A stretch of 40,021 nucleotides of DNA from a virus, in IMG/VR virus record IMGVR_UViG_3300045988_095718, positions 1 to 40,021 of that record; one strand, given 5' to 3'. Below the pieces are notes generated by a model that had not been told where the DNA came from, made no database searches, and was given only the letters and a program-made list of their open reading frames with translations. Both the position numbers and the translations under genes were made by a program. Below, piece by piece: positions 1-7,233 of the stretch. Position 1 is the first letter of the stretch. The number at the start of each line of letters is the position of its first letter.

Positions 1-36
1 GGCACTTTTGGAAACCGCCAGAGATGGCGGTTTTCC
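1..36 (+). repeat. Left copy of 36-bp perfect terminal direct repeat (att core or terminal overlap of a circular assembly)
   Basis: GGCACTTTTGGAAACCGCCAGAGATGGCGGTTTTCC is identical to 39986-40021. It contains a hairpin (GGAAACCGCCA / TGGCGGTTTTCC) followed by TTTATT, i.e. terminator-like. Confidence 0.9.
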
Positions 37-66
37 TTTATTCTCCAACGGTTTTCAGACTTTCCT

Positions 67-93
67 AATTCACTCCAATTCACTCCAAATCAC
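67..93 (+). repeat. Tandem 10-bp repeat AATTCACTCC x2 plus a partial third unit (AAATCAC); candidate arm-type recombinase site
   Basis: Read directly: AATTCACTCC AATTCACTCC AAATCAC, located 30 bp from the terminal repeat. Confidence 0.7.
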
Positions 94-111
94 GTCATTT
101 CTCTATAAAAC

Positions 112-129
112 GTGGGCAAAATGTGGGCA
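112..129 (+). repeat. 18-bp repeat GTGGGCAAAATGTGGGCA (internally a TGTGGGCA-type doublet); candidate arm-type integrase-binding site
   Basis: Exact second copy at 39887-39904 in the same orientation. On a circular map the two copies flank the 36-bp core. Confidence 0.7.
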
Positions 130-134
130 CGGAA

Positions 135-641
135 TCACCAGACCATCGGCAGTCCGAGGCATTGGCGCGCCCACTGTTCCACGGCACGATTCTCCTCGTC
201 GTCGCCAAGCAGCAATAAGTATCCGGCGTTCTTTCCGAGGGTGGCGGGCTGTAGACATTTGATGAGTCCTTGGTCGCGGAGGAATTTCCATGCTTGGACG
301 ATTCGGACCTTGGCGGTGCCTTCACGTGCTTTCATCGCGGCTTCCACCTCTTCTTCCGACTTGCCGATGACTTGCTCGGGGGAGAGTGCCATCATTCCGT
401 GGTCTTCGGCAAGCGTCTTCCAGCCCTTCGTGTAGTAGCGGCATGGATAGCCCTTGAATTTAGCGTCGCGGATTGGCTCTTGGTGTTCTCTGTCCCAGTC
501 GTAGCTTGAGAGCGCCATGTCGATGAGCATGAGTTCCGCCATCGTGTGCACCGTGATCTTGCCGCCTCGCGGCTTGAGCAGTTTTCCTGCGCGGCTGAGC
601 TCGTAGACTGCTCCAGCGTTGCGGTATCCCATCTTTTCCAT
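135..641 (-). CDS. Hypothetical protein, 168 aa (att-proximal accessory gene)
   Basis: ORF 135..782 trimmed to ATG 641, which is preceded by GGAGAGGAAAG. No family recognised by eye. Confidence 0.6.
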   Translation of the reverse strand: MEKMGYRNAGAVYELSRAGKLLKPRGGKITVHTMAELMLIDMALSSYDWDREHQEPIRDAKFKGYPCRYYTKGWKTLAEDHGMMALSPEQVIGKSEEEVEAAMKAREGTAKVRIVQAWKFLRDQGLIKCLQPATLGKNAGYLLLLGDDEENRAVEQWARQCLGLPMVW

Positions 642-782
642 CGCTTTCCTCTCCACGCCTAGAGGTAGAATCTTACGTGGAGACGCTAGTCCGTTTCCTG
701 CCCTTGGCGTGAGGTTTGAAGAGCACGCCAAGGGCTTTTCCTTATGTGAAATAATATACCACATGAGGTGTATTAAACACAC

Positions 783-957
783 CCACAGAGATAGATTATT
801 TTAAAACTCATAGGGATGTTTAAATATCCTATATACATGTATTACATGTGTTTATATATTTCTTTTACAAGAGCGCCAATGCACCGAAGAAAGGAAGAAT
901 CGGCACGTTCCAATCCCCATCTGTGGTAGCTTGAAGCAGAGAGAAGGAAGGGGAAAA
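783..957. promoter_or_regulatory. AT-rich divergent intergenic/promoter region
   Basis: Sharp GC drop. Imperfect inverted repeat ATAGGGAT..ATCCTAT (810-832) and TACATGT x2 (834-849). Lies between divergent genes 135..641(-) and 958..1743(+). Confidence 0.5.
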
Positions 958-1743
958 ATGAAGAAACTGATTTACTTCGTGCTATCCGTGCTGTGTGCAA
1001 TCTCCGGTATCTACGGCATATACGACACCATCACCACGCCGAAGTACGATCTGGCCACAAGCATCATTGCGGTTCTGCTCCTCGCATTCCTCGCATGGCT
1101 TTTCATGCATCTCTTCCTCAAGCCTGAGCCACGCCATAAGCATCAAGCGGAGAGTGCCCCTGAATCATCGTCGGAAGCCGTCTCAGACGCTCCAGCAGTG
1201 GAAACGGTACCAATCACTCATGCCGACACGAATGATGGCGTGGAGGACGATTACGTGGCCATCGACATCGAGACCACGGGATTGGGCAGAAGCGCTCGAA
1301 TCATCGAGCTAGGAGCCGTGAGAATCAGGCACGGACGCAAGGTCGCGTCATTCAGCCAGCTCGTCAACCCGCAGATTCCGATACCGGCCAAGGTCACGCA
1401 GATCAACGGCATCACCGACCGGGACGTCAAAGGCAAACCCACCATCGACAAAGCGCTACCCAAGTTCTACGCTTTTTGCGGTCATGATACGTGGATAGGG
1501 CACAATATTCGCCGCTTCGACCTGCCGGTCATCGCCCGCGAAGCCGAAAGAGCGGGCGTCGGCATGCCGGACGTCAGCTTCTACGACACCTTGGAAATCT
1601 CTCAGACACTCTTGCCGCAGCTTGACCGCCATAGGCTGCTCGACCTCATCCGCTATTTCGGCATCGCCAAGACGGAGCGTCATAGGGCCGCCGACGATGC
1701 CGCACAGACGGCACAGGTATTCGAGCGCCTGAAGCAAATATAA
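958..1743 (+). CDS. Membrane-anchored DEDDh (DnaQ / Pol III epsilon-like) 3'-5' exonuclease
   Basis: ATG 958 follows GAAGGAAGGGG. Two N-terminal hydrophobic helices (LIYFVLSVLCAISGIYGIY; IIAVLLLAFLAWLFMHLFL). Exo motifs DIETTGL, GHNIRRFD and HRAADDA. Confidence 0.85.
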   Translation: MKKLIYFVLSVLCAISGIYGIYDTITTPKYDLATSIIAVLLLAFLAWLFMHLFLKPEPRHKHQAESAPESSSEAVSDAPAVETVPITHADTNDGVEDDYVAIDIETTGLGRSARIIELGAVRIRHGRKVASFSQLVNPQIPIPAKVTQINGITDRDVKGKPTIDKALPKFYAFCGHDTWIGHNIRRFDLPVIAREAERAGVGMPDVSFYDTLEISQTLLPQLDRHRLLDLIRYFGIAKTERHRAADDAAQTAQVFERLKQI

Positions 1744-1772
1744 GCTTTATAAAAACTTATAAGACAATATAA

Positions 1773-1795
1773 AAGCCCCACAGATTGTGGGGCTT
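1773..1795. terminator. Bidirectional intrinsic terminator between convergent genes
   Basis: AAGCCCCACA-GAT-TGTGGGGCTT, a 10-bp stem flanked by an A-run and a T-rich run. Confidence 0.75.
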
Positions 1796-1802
1796 AATGC
1801 TT

Positions 1803-2093
1803 TTAGAGACTGTTCACGGCATTATAGAATTCCTGCGCGTCCTCGGCTTTTTTGAATTTCAGCGGCAGTGAGCGCAACGCACTGTATTTCCATGTGACGG
1901 TGCGCTTCTTGATCGTCACTCCTTGCAGGTCGCTCACCTGGTATGCTTCGGTCTTCTTGTACCGGTGCAGGTACGTCGTGCAGACATCCAATTCCAGGCG
2001 ATTGGCATACAGGCGGATACCCATAAACAGCGGGTCGTCAAGCCTTTCGCACTCGTAGATCGCGTCCGGTGCTGGCTGTGGTCTCTTCGCCAT
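1803..2093 (-). CDS. Hypothetical 96-aa protein, third gene of the repressor-protease operon
   Basis: GAAGGGAG RBS. Lies 37 nt downstream of the ImmA-like gene on the same strand. Confidence 0.7.
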   Translation of the reverse strand: MAKRPQPAPDAIYECERLDDPLFMGIRLYANRLELDVCTTYLHRYKKTEAYQVSDLQGVTIKKRTVTWKYSALRSLPLKFKKAEDAQEFYNAVNSL

Positions 2094-2130
2094 GATTGCT
2101 CCCTTCTTCTTTTCTCCTTGATTCTATTGC

Positions 2131-2580
2131 TCAAATGATGCAGACTCGCTCAGACATTGCCAGTCGGAAGTCTCCGAGCACCTGCTGGGTCACCTCCAGT
2201 TCCTGGGAGATGTTCCACGAATTCCCTTCGTACATTTGTTCCAGCATGCCGTAGCGGAGTGGGTCTATCAGCGTCAAGGCAGTTTCGCGTCTCGCCCGCC
2301 GCTCTAATTTCGAACTATCGTTCGAACAGCCGGTGTCGCCATGCCGCCAGTGCAACAGCTCGTGAACGAGCGTGCACCGTTTCGCCGCATAAGTGAGCCG
2401 ACGATCAATCAGGATGACGCGGTTTTCGTCGTCGTAACAGCCCCATAATCCGTCCGGCAGTATGGCGCTGGATACGGCGACGGGCAGGCCGATGATGGCG
2501 CGGCGCATGGCCCCGTATGTCATGCGCCGGTCGATCGGCAGGTCAGGCAGGCTCGTCGTAATCCGGCCCAGCCTCTCCAT
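2131..2580 (-). CDS. ImmA/IrrE-family zinc metallopeptidase (anti-repressor protease)
   Basis: HEXXH motif in LVHELLHWRHGD. ATG 2580 is preceded by AGGAGG. The gene overlaps the 3' end of the repressor gene. Confidence 0.85.
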   Translation of the reverse strand: MERLGRITTSLPDLPIDRRMTYGAMRRAIIGLPVAVSSAILPDGLWGCYDDENRVILIDRRLTYAAKRCTLVHELLHWRHGDTGCSNDSSKLERRARRETALTLIDPLRYGMLEQMYEGNSWNISQELEVTQQVLGDFRLAMSERVCII

Positions 2581-2905
2581 TGATGGCCTCCTGCTTGCCA
2601 GCAGCGTCATAGGCGGCAAGACCATAACCGCCTGCCTGCGCTTTCCTCTCGGCGGCTTCGACCGCATGGCGTTTGGAGTCCATAACGATGTCTCCGATGG
2701 ATACGCCGGTCACTTCGCTGATGCGTTCCAGGTCACTCAGGTTGAGCGGGAGGCTGTAGTTTGCCCTCGTGTACCAGTAGACCTCGCCGAAGCCGCAGGC
2801 TTTGGCGAATTCCTTTATGGTCATGCCGCTTTGCTTTTGGAGCCTGACGCATTCGTCCATGACCTGCTTGGCGAAATGCGTGACCTCCTGTGCTTTTCTT
2901 CCCAT
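2543..2905 (-). CDS. XRE-family HTH repressor (CI-like)
   Basis: HTH segment MTIKEFAKACGFGEVYWYTRANY. Divergent from the Cro-like gene across an operator-containing intergenic region. Confidence 0.85.
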   Translation of the reverse strand: MGRKAQEVTHFAKQVMDECVRLQKQSGMTIKEFAKACGFGEVYWYTRANYSLPLNLSDLERISEVTGVSIGDIVMDSKRHAVEAAERKAQAGGYGLAAYDAAGKQEAINGEAGPDYDEPA

Positions 2906-2912
2906 GCTTCAA

Positions 2913-2995
2913 ATTATAGCTAATTGCGTAGTCATATGTGCATAAATCGTGAAGACTACGTAATTACGAATACAAGAAACTTCGTAATTACGTAT
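2913..2995. promoter_or_regulatory. Immunity switch: three operator sites built on palindrome CGTAATTACG, plus a TATAAT 7 nt upstream of the repressor ATG
   Basis: CGTAATTACG at 2959-2968 and 2983-2992. Variant GCTAATTGCG at 2919-2928. Minus-strand TATAAT at 2918-2913 with no SD before ATG 2905, suggesting a leaderless repressor mRNA. Confidence 0.7.
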
Positions 2996-3023
2996 ATTAA
3001 AAACCGTCGAAAGGAAAAACGAG

Positions 3024-3152
3024 ATGTTGAGCACCAAAAGAACCAAGACCCCCGACCACTACCCATGCGGCCACATGCGCGGCCCCGGCTGGCACGACTG
3101 GCGCGCATGCCTCACCAAGCAGGGAATCGAGGAGGATGAATGGCCGGTCTGA
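3024..3152 (+). CDS. Small Cys/His-containing protein, 42 aa (below the ORF-track cutoff)
   Basis: ATG 3024 follows AAAGGAAAAA. Very high third-position GC. Sequence MLSTKRTKTPDHYPCGHMRGPGWHDWRACLTKQGIEEDEWPV. Confidence 0.45.
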   Translation: MLSTKRTKTPDHYPCGHMRGPGWHDWRACLTKQGIEEDEWPV

Positions 3153-3388
3153 CGGAAACAGCCACCAGAAACCTCAAAGCGGAACTCGCTAGACACGACA
3201 AGACACCAAAAGACCTAGCAAAAGCATGGGGCCTCGAAATCAGAGCCGTAAACAACAGGCTCAAAGGCCACACGCCACTCTCGACAGACGAAATCGAAAA
3301 AGCGGCATCCATGCTCGACATGGAACCCGAAAACCTCGTCATGCTCCTCATCCAGCCGATCGACAGCATCAAACAATTCAAAGCCTGA
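3140..3388 (+). CDS. Cro-like / XRE-type HTH early regulator
   Basis: GAGGAGGA RBS. HTH-like segment PKDLAKAWGLEIRAVNNRLKG. Divergent from the repressor. Confidence 0.75.
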   Translation: MAGLTETATRNLKAELARHDKTPKDLAKAWGLEIRAVNNRLKGHTPLSTDEIEKAASMLDMEPENLVMLLIQPIDSIKQFKA

Positions 3389-3411
3389 AACCCACACCAA
3401 AGGAGCGTCCG

Positions 3412-3636
3412 ATGGACAGCAAGACCTACACCAAAGACCTGCGCAAAGCCTGCGTGAAAGCCGTCTTCGACGAATTCGCCGAGCATGGCGACATGATTCG
3501 CCCGCAATACGCGGGACAGTGGAATGAAATCGACGCTAGCCGATTCCTGGGCCACATCACCGGACCGATGGACATCGACGTGACCGACCTCGTGGACGTC
3601 ATCATCGACACGATCGCCAAGGAAGCACAGAAATGA
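3412..3636 (+). CDS. Hypothetical early protein, 74 aa
   Basis: AAGGAG RBS, ATG 3412, in frame with ORF 3226..3636. Confidence 0.65.
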   Translation: MDSKTYTKDLRKACVKAVFDEFAEHGDMIRPQYAGQWNEIDASRFLGHITGPMDIDVTDLVDVIIDTIAKEAQK

Positions 3637-3863
3637 GCGGACAACTGCTTAACCCGCCAGCGCCGCCCGAACAGCGGAAGACGGTCTTCGACCCGCGGAC
3701 GATCATGCTCGGCCTGACCGGCTACGCCATCCAAGTCGGCGAACACGACGCCAGACTCGTCAGACTCCACGAGGACGGGAAGACCATCCTCACGGAAGTG
3801 GACGCCAAAACCACAGAAACATTCGCCTACCACCTTTATGACGCGATAGGAGGAACACGATGA
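3633..3863 (+). CDS. Hypothetical early protein, 76 aa
   Basis: ATGA start-stop overlap with the upstream gene. Confidence 0.65.
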   Translation: MSGQLLNPPAPPEQRKTVFDPRTIMLGLTGYAIQVGEHDARLVRLHEDGKTILTEVDAKTTETFAYHLYDAIGGTR

Positions 3864-4066
3864 GCCTCACCACGGATGGAAGCCTCTACTTCGAAATCCT
3901 CGATGACGGCACCACTCGCAGCGACCATTCAGCCGTCATCCAGCTCGCCATCGACACGTGCGACAGCCACGCGCGATACCTGCTCACGCAGACAGACCTG
4001 GCGAACATCCGCCGCGACTGCAACCGCATCTTGAAGGAACTATCCGAAAGGAGGATGGCGAAATGA
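3860..4066 (+). CDS. Hypothetical early protein, 68 aa
   Basis: ATGA overlap with the upstream gene, implying translational coupling. Confidence 0.65.
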   Translation: MSLTTDGSLYFEILDDGTTRSDHSAVIQLAIDTCDSHARYLLTQTDLANIRRDCNRILKELSERRMAK

Positions 4067-4287
4067 CCGACCACGACTACTGGCGCGAAGACCAGCGGGA
4101 GAAGACGCGGAAGCCGAACTACACGCTCCGCCGCATCCTCTTCGCCATCGTCAGCATCGGCCTCATCTCCAGCCTGACTATCATGCTCACATGGCATGGC
4201 GGCAGCACCACCGCCGCGCTCATGGTGGAAGGCGTGTACATCGCCACCGCATTGTGGCTGATCGTCAGATTCGCGCCACGCGACTAA
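4063..4287 (+). CDS. Small membrane protein, 74 aa, two predicted TM helices
   Basis: ATG 4063 overlaps the upstream stop. Hydrophobic segments ILFAIVSIGLISSLTIMLTW and VYIATALWLIV. Confidence 0.65.
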   Translation: MTDHDYWREDQREKTRKPNYTLRRILFAIVSIGLISSLTIMLTWHGGSTTAALMVEGVYIATALWLIVRFAPRD

Positions 4288-4724
4288 AAGACTTCCCACC
4301 AGCCGACAGTCCAACAAAACAAACCAATTAGGGACGTTTCGCGGACATCCACGTTCACCATTGTCGGCTAGCGGGAACCATAACTGAATATCGACAAACA
4401 ACAAATCCGCCACGGCGTTTACATACACCATTCTGTCGTGGCTTCGGCTGGGCGACGGTTCGCCCGTCCACGGATTCCAATCTCTTCTCTCTCTCTATCA
4501 AAAACGCAGGCACTCCGGCGCCTGCAAACCCTTTCAAGTCCGCCTGACGGCTTTCAGTCACCGTCGGCCACGCCACCGGCCGCGAACGCGTTCAGGTCGC
4601 GTTCCAACAGTCAAAGGGGCGTTCGGAACCCACGGACGGCATCGGTTCGACTCCGACGCCAGCCACTCAGCCCCATCCACTCGTCAGGACGGGGCACACA
4701 ACGTCAACAAGCAAAGGAAACACA
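4288..4724 (+). other. 437-bp ORF-poor, hairpin-rich gap (candidate ncRNA or cis element)
   Basis: Only arginine/proline-rich spurious ORFs. At least 6 stem-loops, a CT tract at 4481-4499, and a T-arm-like GGCATCGG-TTCGACT-CCGACGCC followed by AGCCA. Confidence 0.4.
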
Positions 4725-5030
4725 ATGGACGAAAACAAACAACAGGTGGCAACATGGGTGCTCTGCGTCGGCATCGACCCAGACAACCCGGAATCCGACC
4801 CAATGTTCGTCGCCGCACTTGACATGCCGCTGGACGGCGGCCTGATCAGCGTCACCCTGCCCGGCAACAGACTCGGCAAAGCAACCGCGCTTGCCTCCCG
4901 AACCGCGTGCCAGGCCATCGACAAGGCGCTCAAACGTCACCTCGAACGCGGAGGTGACAGCGACACCCCGGAAATGCTCACCGGCCTCCACATCGACCCG
5001 ATGGGCGACATTCAGGACGGCAGGCCATGA
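4725..5030 (+). CDS. Hypothetical protein, 101 aa
   Basis: AAAGGAAA RBS and ordinary amino-acid composition. Confidence 0.65.
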   Translation: MDENKQQVATWVLCVGIDPDNPESDPMFVAALDMPLDGGLISVTLPGNRLGKATALASRTACQAIDKALKRHLERGGDSDTPEMLTGLHIDPMGDIQDGRP

Positions 5031-5245
5031 CCGATCTGCTTACGCCAGCCGAACTGGCCGTCATGCTCGGCATGAGTCCACGCACCCTCGCCAACTGGCG
5101 GAGCACCGGCAAAGGCCCACCATATTTGAAAATCGGCGTGGAACCGCCCGAAGGCCATCAGGACAGGCGCAAAGTCCGCTACCAGCGTCAAATCGCGGAA
5201 CGGTGGGCTTTGGCGCACGAGTACCGGAGGACGGTGGCGAGATGA
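5027..5245 (+). CDS. Xis/AlpA/MerR-like HTH DNA-binding protein (excisionase-type fold)
   Basis: LLTPAELAVMLGMSPRTLANWRSTGKGPPY is a typical excisionase-family HTH. Confidence 0.7.
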   Translation: MTDLLTPAELAVMLGMSPRTLANWRSTGKGPPYLKIGVEPPEGHQDRRKVRYQRQIAERWALAHEYRRTVAR

Positions 5246-5421
5246 GAAACGGAATGTTCGTTCCGGCGACACAGTGCAAAAGCCATCCAAACGTCAAAAG
5301 CGATGGGAAAGCACGCGTCGACACCGGCAAGCCGACCCTCACCCAGCAGGGAATGGACGTGGACGGGTTCATCCGCGAAAACCACGCGCTCATCGAAAAA
5401 CTCAGGAAAGGAACACGTTGA
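5242..5421 (+). CDS. Hypothetical protein, 59 aa
   Basis: ATGA overlap with the upstream gene, in frame with ORF 4891..5421. Confidence 0.5.
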   Translation: MRNGMFVPATQCKSHPNVKSDGKARVDTGKPTLTQQGMDVDGFIRENHALIEKLRKGTR

Positions 5422-6056
5422 AACACGAATACACGTTCGAGGAACTCGCCGAACTGAAGAAAATCTACGACGAGTCAGGTGAAGCGGGGCTCGAACTCGA
5501 CGAAATGCGGGAGTTGCGCAAGGCCGGACTCCTCACGCATGGCCTGCCGGAGAAACCGTCGAAACGAGACCTCATCCTCGCGCACTGCAAAAACCGCATC
5601 GACCAAGGCCAGCCGTTCGACGGCAAGGAAACCGCCGAAGCGCTCGGCATGAGCCAGAAAACAGTCGGCAACATTCTCAGCCAGCTCCGCAAGGAAGGAC
5701 TATTGCCGGCCTTCGACAAGCACTCGCCACGCAGCAAAGCACAGAAAACAACCACAAGCGGAAAGAAGAAAGAAACCATGACCACCACATCGAAAATCAC
5801 AGCAGCCGACGTCACCGAATCGAAACTTACGCCAAACGACATCACCACCGGAACTACCACCAGCACGCCACAAGCCACAGCCGACCCACGCGCCATCATC
5901 TCCAACGCATTGACCGGCATTTTCGACGCCATCAGCGCACTGCAGAAAAACGCGTTCCAAACCAACGACAAAGTCGTCTACAGCTTCGCCACGAAACTCC
6001 TTAACGGCGAATTGATGGACTTGAAAGCCAACTACTCGAAGGACACGGCGAAATGA
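5418..6056 (+). CDS. HTH/winged-helix DNA-binding protein with a Thr-rich linker
   Basis: TTG 5418 follows AGGAAAGGA and overlaps the upstream stop (TTGA). HTH segment ETAEALGMSQKTVGNILSQLRKEGLL. Confidence 0.6.
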   Translation: MKHEYTFEELAELKKIYDESGEAGLELDEMRELRKAGLLTHGLPEKPSKRDLILAHCKNRIDQGQPFDGKETAEALGMSQKTVGNILSQLRKEGLLPAFDKHSPRSKAQKTTTSGKKKETMTTTSKITAADVTESKLTPNDITTGTTTSTPQATADPRAIISNALTGIFDAISALQKNAFQTNDKVVYSFATKLLNGELMDLKANYSKDTAK

Positions 6057-6211
6057 GACTCAATTTCAACAGCAAGGATGGCGTTTTCACCATCAAGTCC
6101 GAAAACGAAGAGGAAAAAGCCCAGCTCAAAACGTCGGCGGTCGCCATCTGCAATCTCATTATCGATTTTTTCGACGGTGAAGTCCAAGAAATGAAGGCGG
6201 CGAAGGAATGA
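6053..6211 (+). CDS. Hypothetical protein, 52 aa (below the ORF-track cutoff)
   Basis: ATG 6053 lies inside the 19-nt junction AAGGACACGGCGAAATGAG, which recurs at the rusA start. Confidence 0.5.
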   Translation: MRLNFNSKDGVFTIKSENEEEKAQLKTSAVAICNLIIDFFDGEVQEMKAAKE

Positions 6212-6239
6212 AACGCATCCCACTCAAGGACACGGCGAA

Positions 6240-6716
6240 ATGAGCTTCGACACGCTCGGCCTACCATCATGGCCGTCCACCTGCAGGCTGACAATCCCAG
6301 GAGACCCGCAGTCAAAAGGCCGGCCACGCGTCTACAACGGCCACGGCATCACACCCGAAGCCACGCGGAAAGCGGAAAATCGCGTCTACTCGGAATGGCG
6401 ACGACAATACCCGGACCTGCTCCCGTACAAAGGCCCGGTCGCCATCACACTCATTTTCTGGACCATGACCCGGCGTGGGCGCGACTGGGACAATCTCGCG
6501 AAACTCTTCACCGACGCGCTCAACGGCGTCGCATACGAGGATGACCGGCAGATCATCGACGCGAACGTCCACGTAAGACGCCCCGACAAGCTCGTACCCG
6601 GCACGCGCGGACCCCGCAAACGCAAGACCGGCGACCCACTCACCTGGCACGGCAGCCCCTACCAGCCATGCACGCAGGCAATCATCAACTTCCAACAGGA
6701 ATACATCCCAAAATAA
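6240..6716 (+). CDS. rusA: RusA-family Holliday junction resolvase
   Basis: GDPQSKGRPR ... DWDNLAKLFTDALNGVAYEDDRQI matches the RusA signature. Confidence 0.85.
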   Translation: MSFDTLGLPSWPSTCRLTIPGDPQSKGRPRVYNGHGITPEATRKAENRVYSEWRRQYPDLLPYKGPVAITLIFWTMTRRGRDWDNLAKLFTDALNGVAYEDDRQIIDANVHVRRPDKLVPGTRGPRKRKTGDPLTWHGSPYQPCTQAIINFQQEYIPK

Positions 6717-6730
6717 AGGAGAACTGACCA

Positions 6731-7066
6731 ATGGCAGAACAGCAGGAACTGGCCACGCTGGCAAGCAGATACGCGGAAATCCTCGACCGAATCCACCAAC
6801 TGCAGGAACAGGCCGACAGTCTCAAAGCACTCATCATGGAAAACCGCGAGCCCGGCGAATACGCGGCCGGACCATTGACCGTGAAAATCCGCAAAGGCAA
6901 ACGCAACCTCGACGCCAAAGCATTCGAAAAACACTTCCCAATCCAACAGCATGCGGACTGCTATCAGGTCAAACCGAAAGCATTGTCCGCGATCATCAAA
7001 CTGGTCGGCGAAAACGCTTTGCAGGATTGCGTGAAAGTCGGCGCGGCAAGCCTGGTGGTCGAATGA
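6731..7066 (+). CDS. Hypothetical coiled-coil protein, 111 aa
   Basis: AAGGAGAA RBS. Confidence 0.65.
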   Translation: MAEQQELATLASRYAEILDRIHQLQEQADSLKALIMENREPGEYAAGPLTVKIRKGKRNLDAKAFEKHFPIQQHADCYQVKPKALSAIIKLVGENALQDCVKVGAASLVVE

Positions 7067-7233
7067 TGGGCGACAAGATCATCAGACAACACTTCAACCA
7101 CGCGCTGAACAACGCGCTGGACGCCTACGACAAGTCCTTAAGCGAGAACGTGTATCTCATCGACGCGGACGACCTCGGATACTTTTCCGACCTCCTGTAC
7201 CGCTACCTATTCGACGTGAAATGCGAGGCATGA
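7063..7233 (+). CDS. Hypothetical protein, 56 aa
   Basis: ATGA overlap with the upstream gene. Confidence 0.55.
   Translation: MMGDKIIRQHFNHALNNALDAYDKSLSENVYLIDADDLGYFSDLLYRYLFDVKCEA

Noticed and set aside
8-435. Plus-strand ORFs 8-262, 112-435 and 270-509 at the left end.
   Set aside because: They overlap the better-supported minus-strand gene 135-641 and the att arm repeats. Composition is Arg/Ser/Pro-rich and no RBS is present.
4355-4845. ORFs 4355-4576 (minus) and 4438-4845 (plus) in the early-region gap.
   Set aside because: Their products are Arg/Pro/Ser-rich and they lack an RBS. The plus ORF runs out of frame into the real gene at 4725. The region is treated as non-coding.
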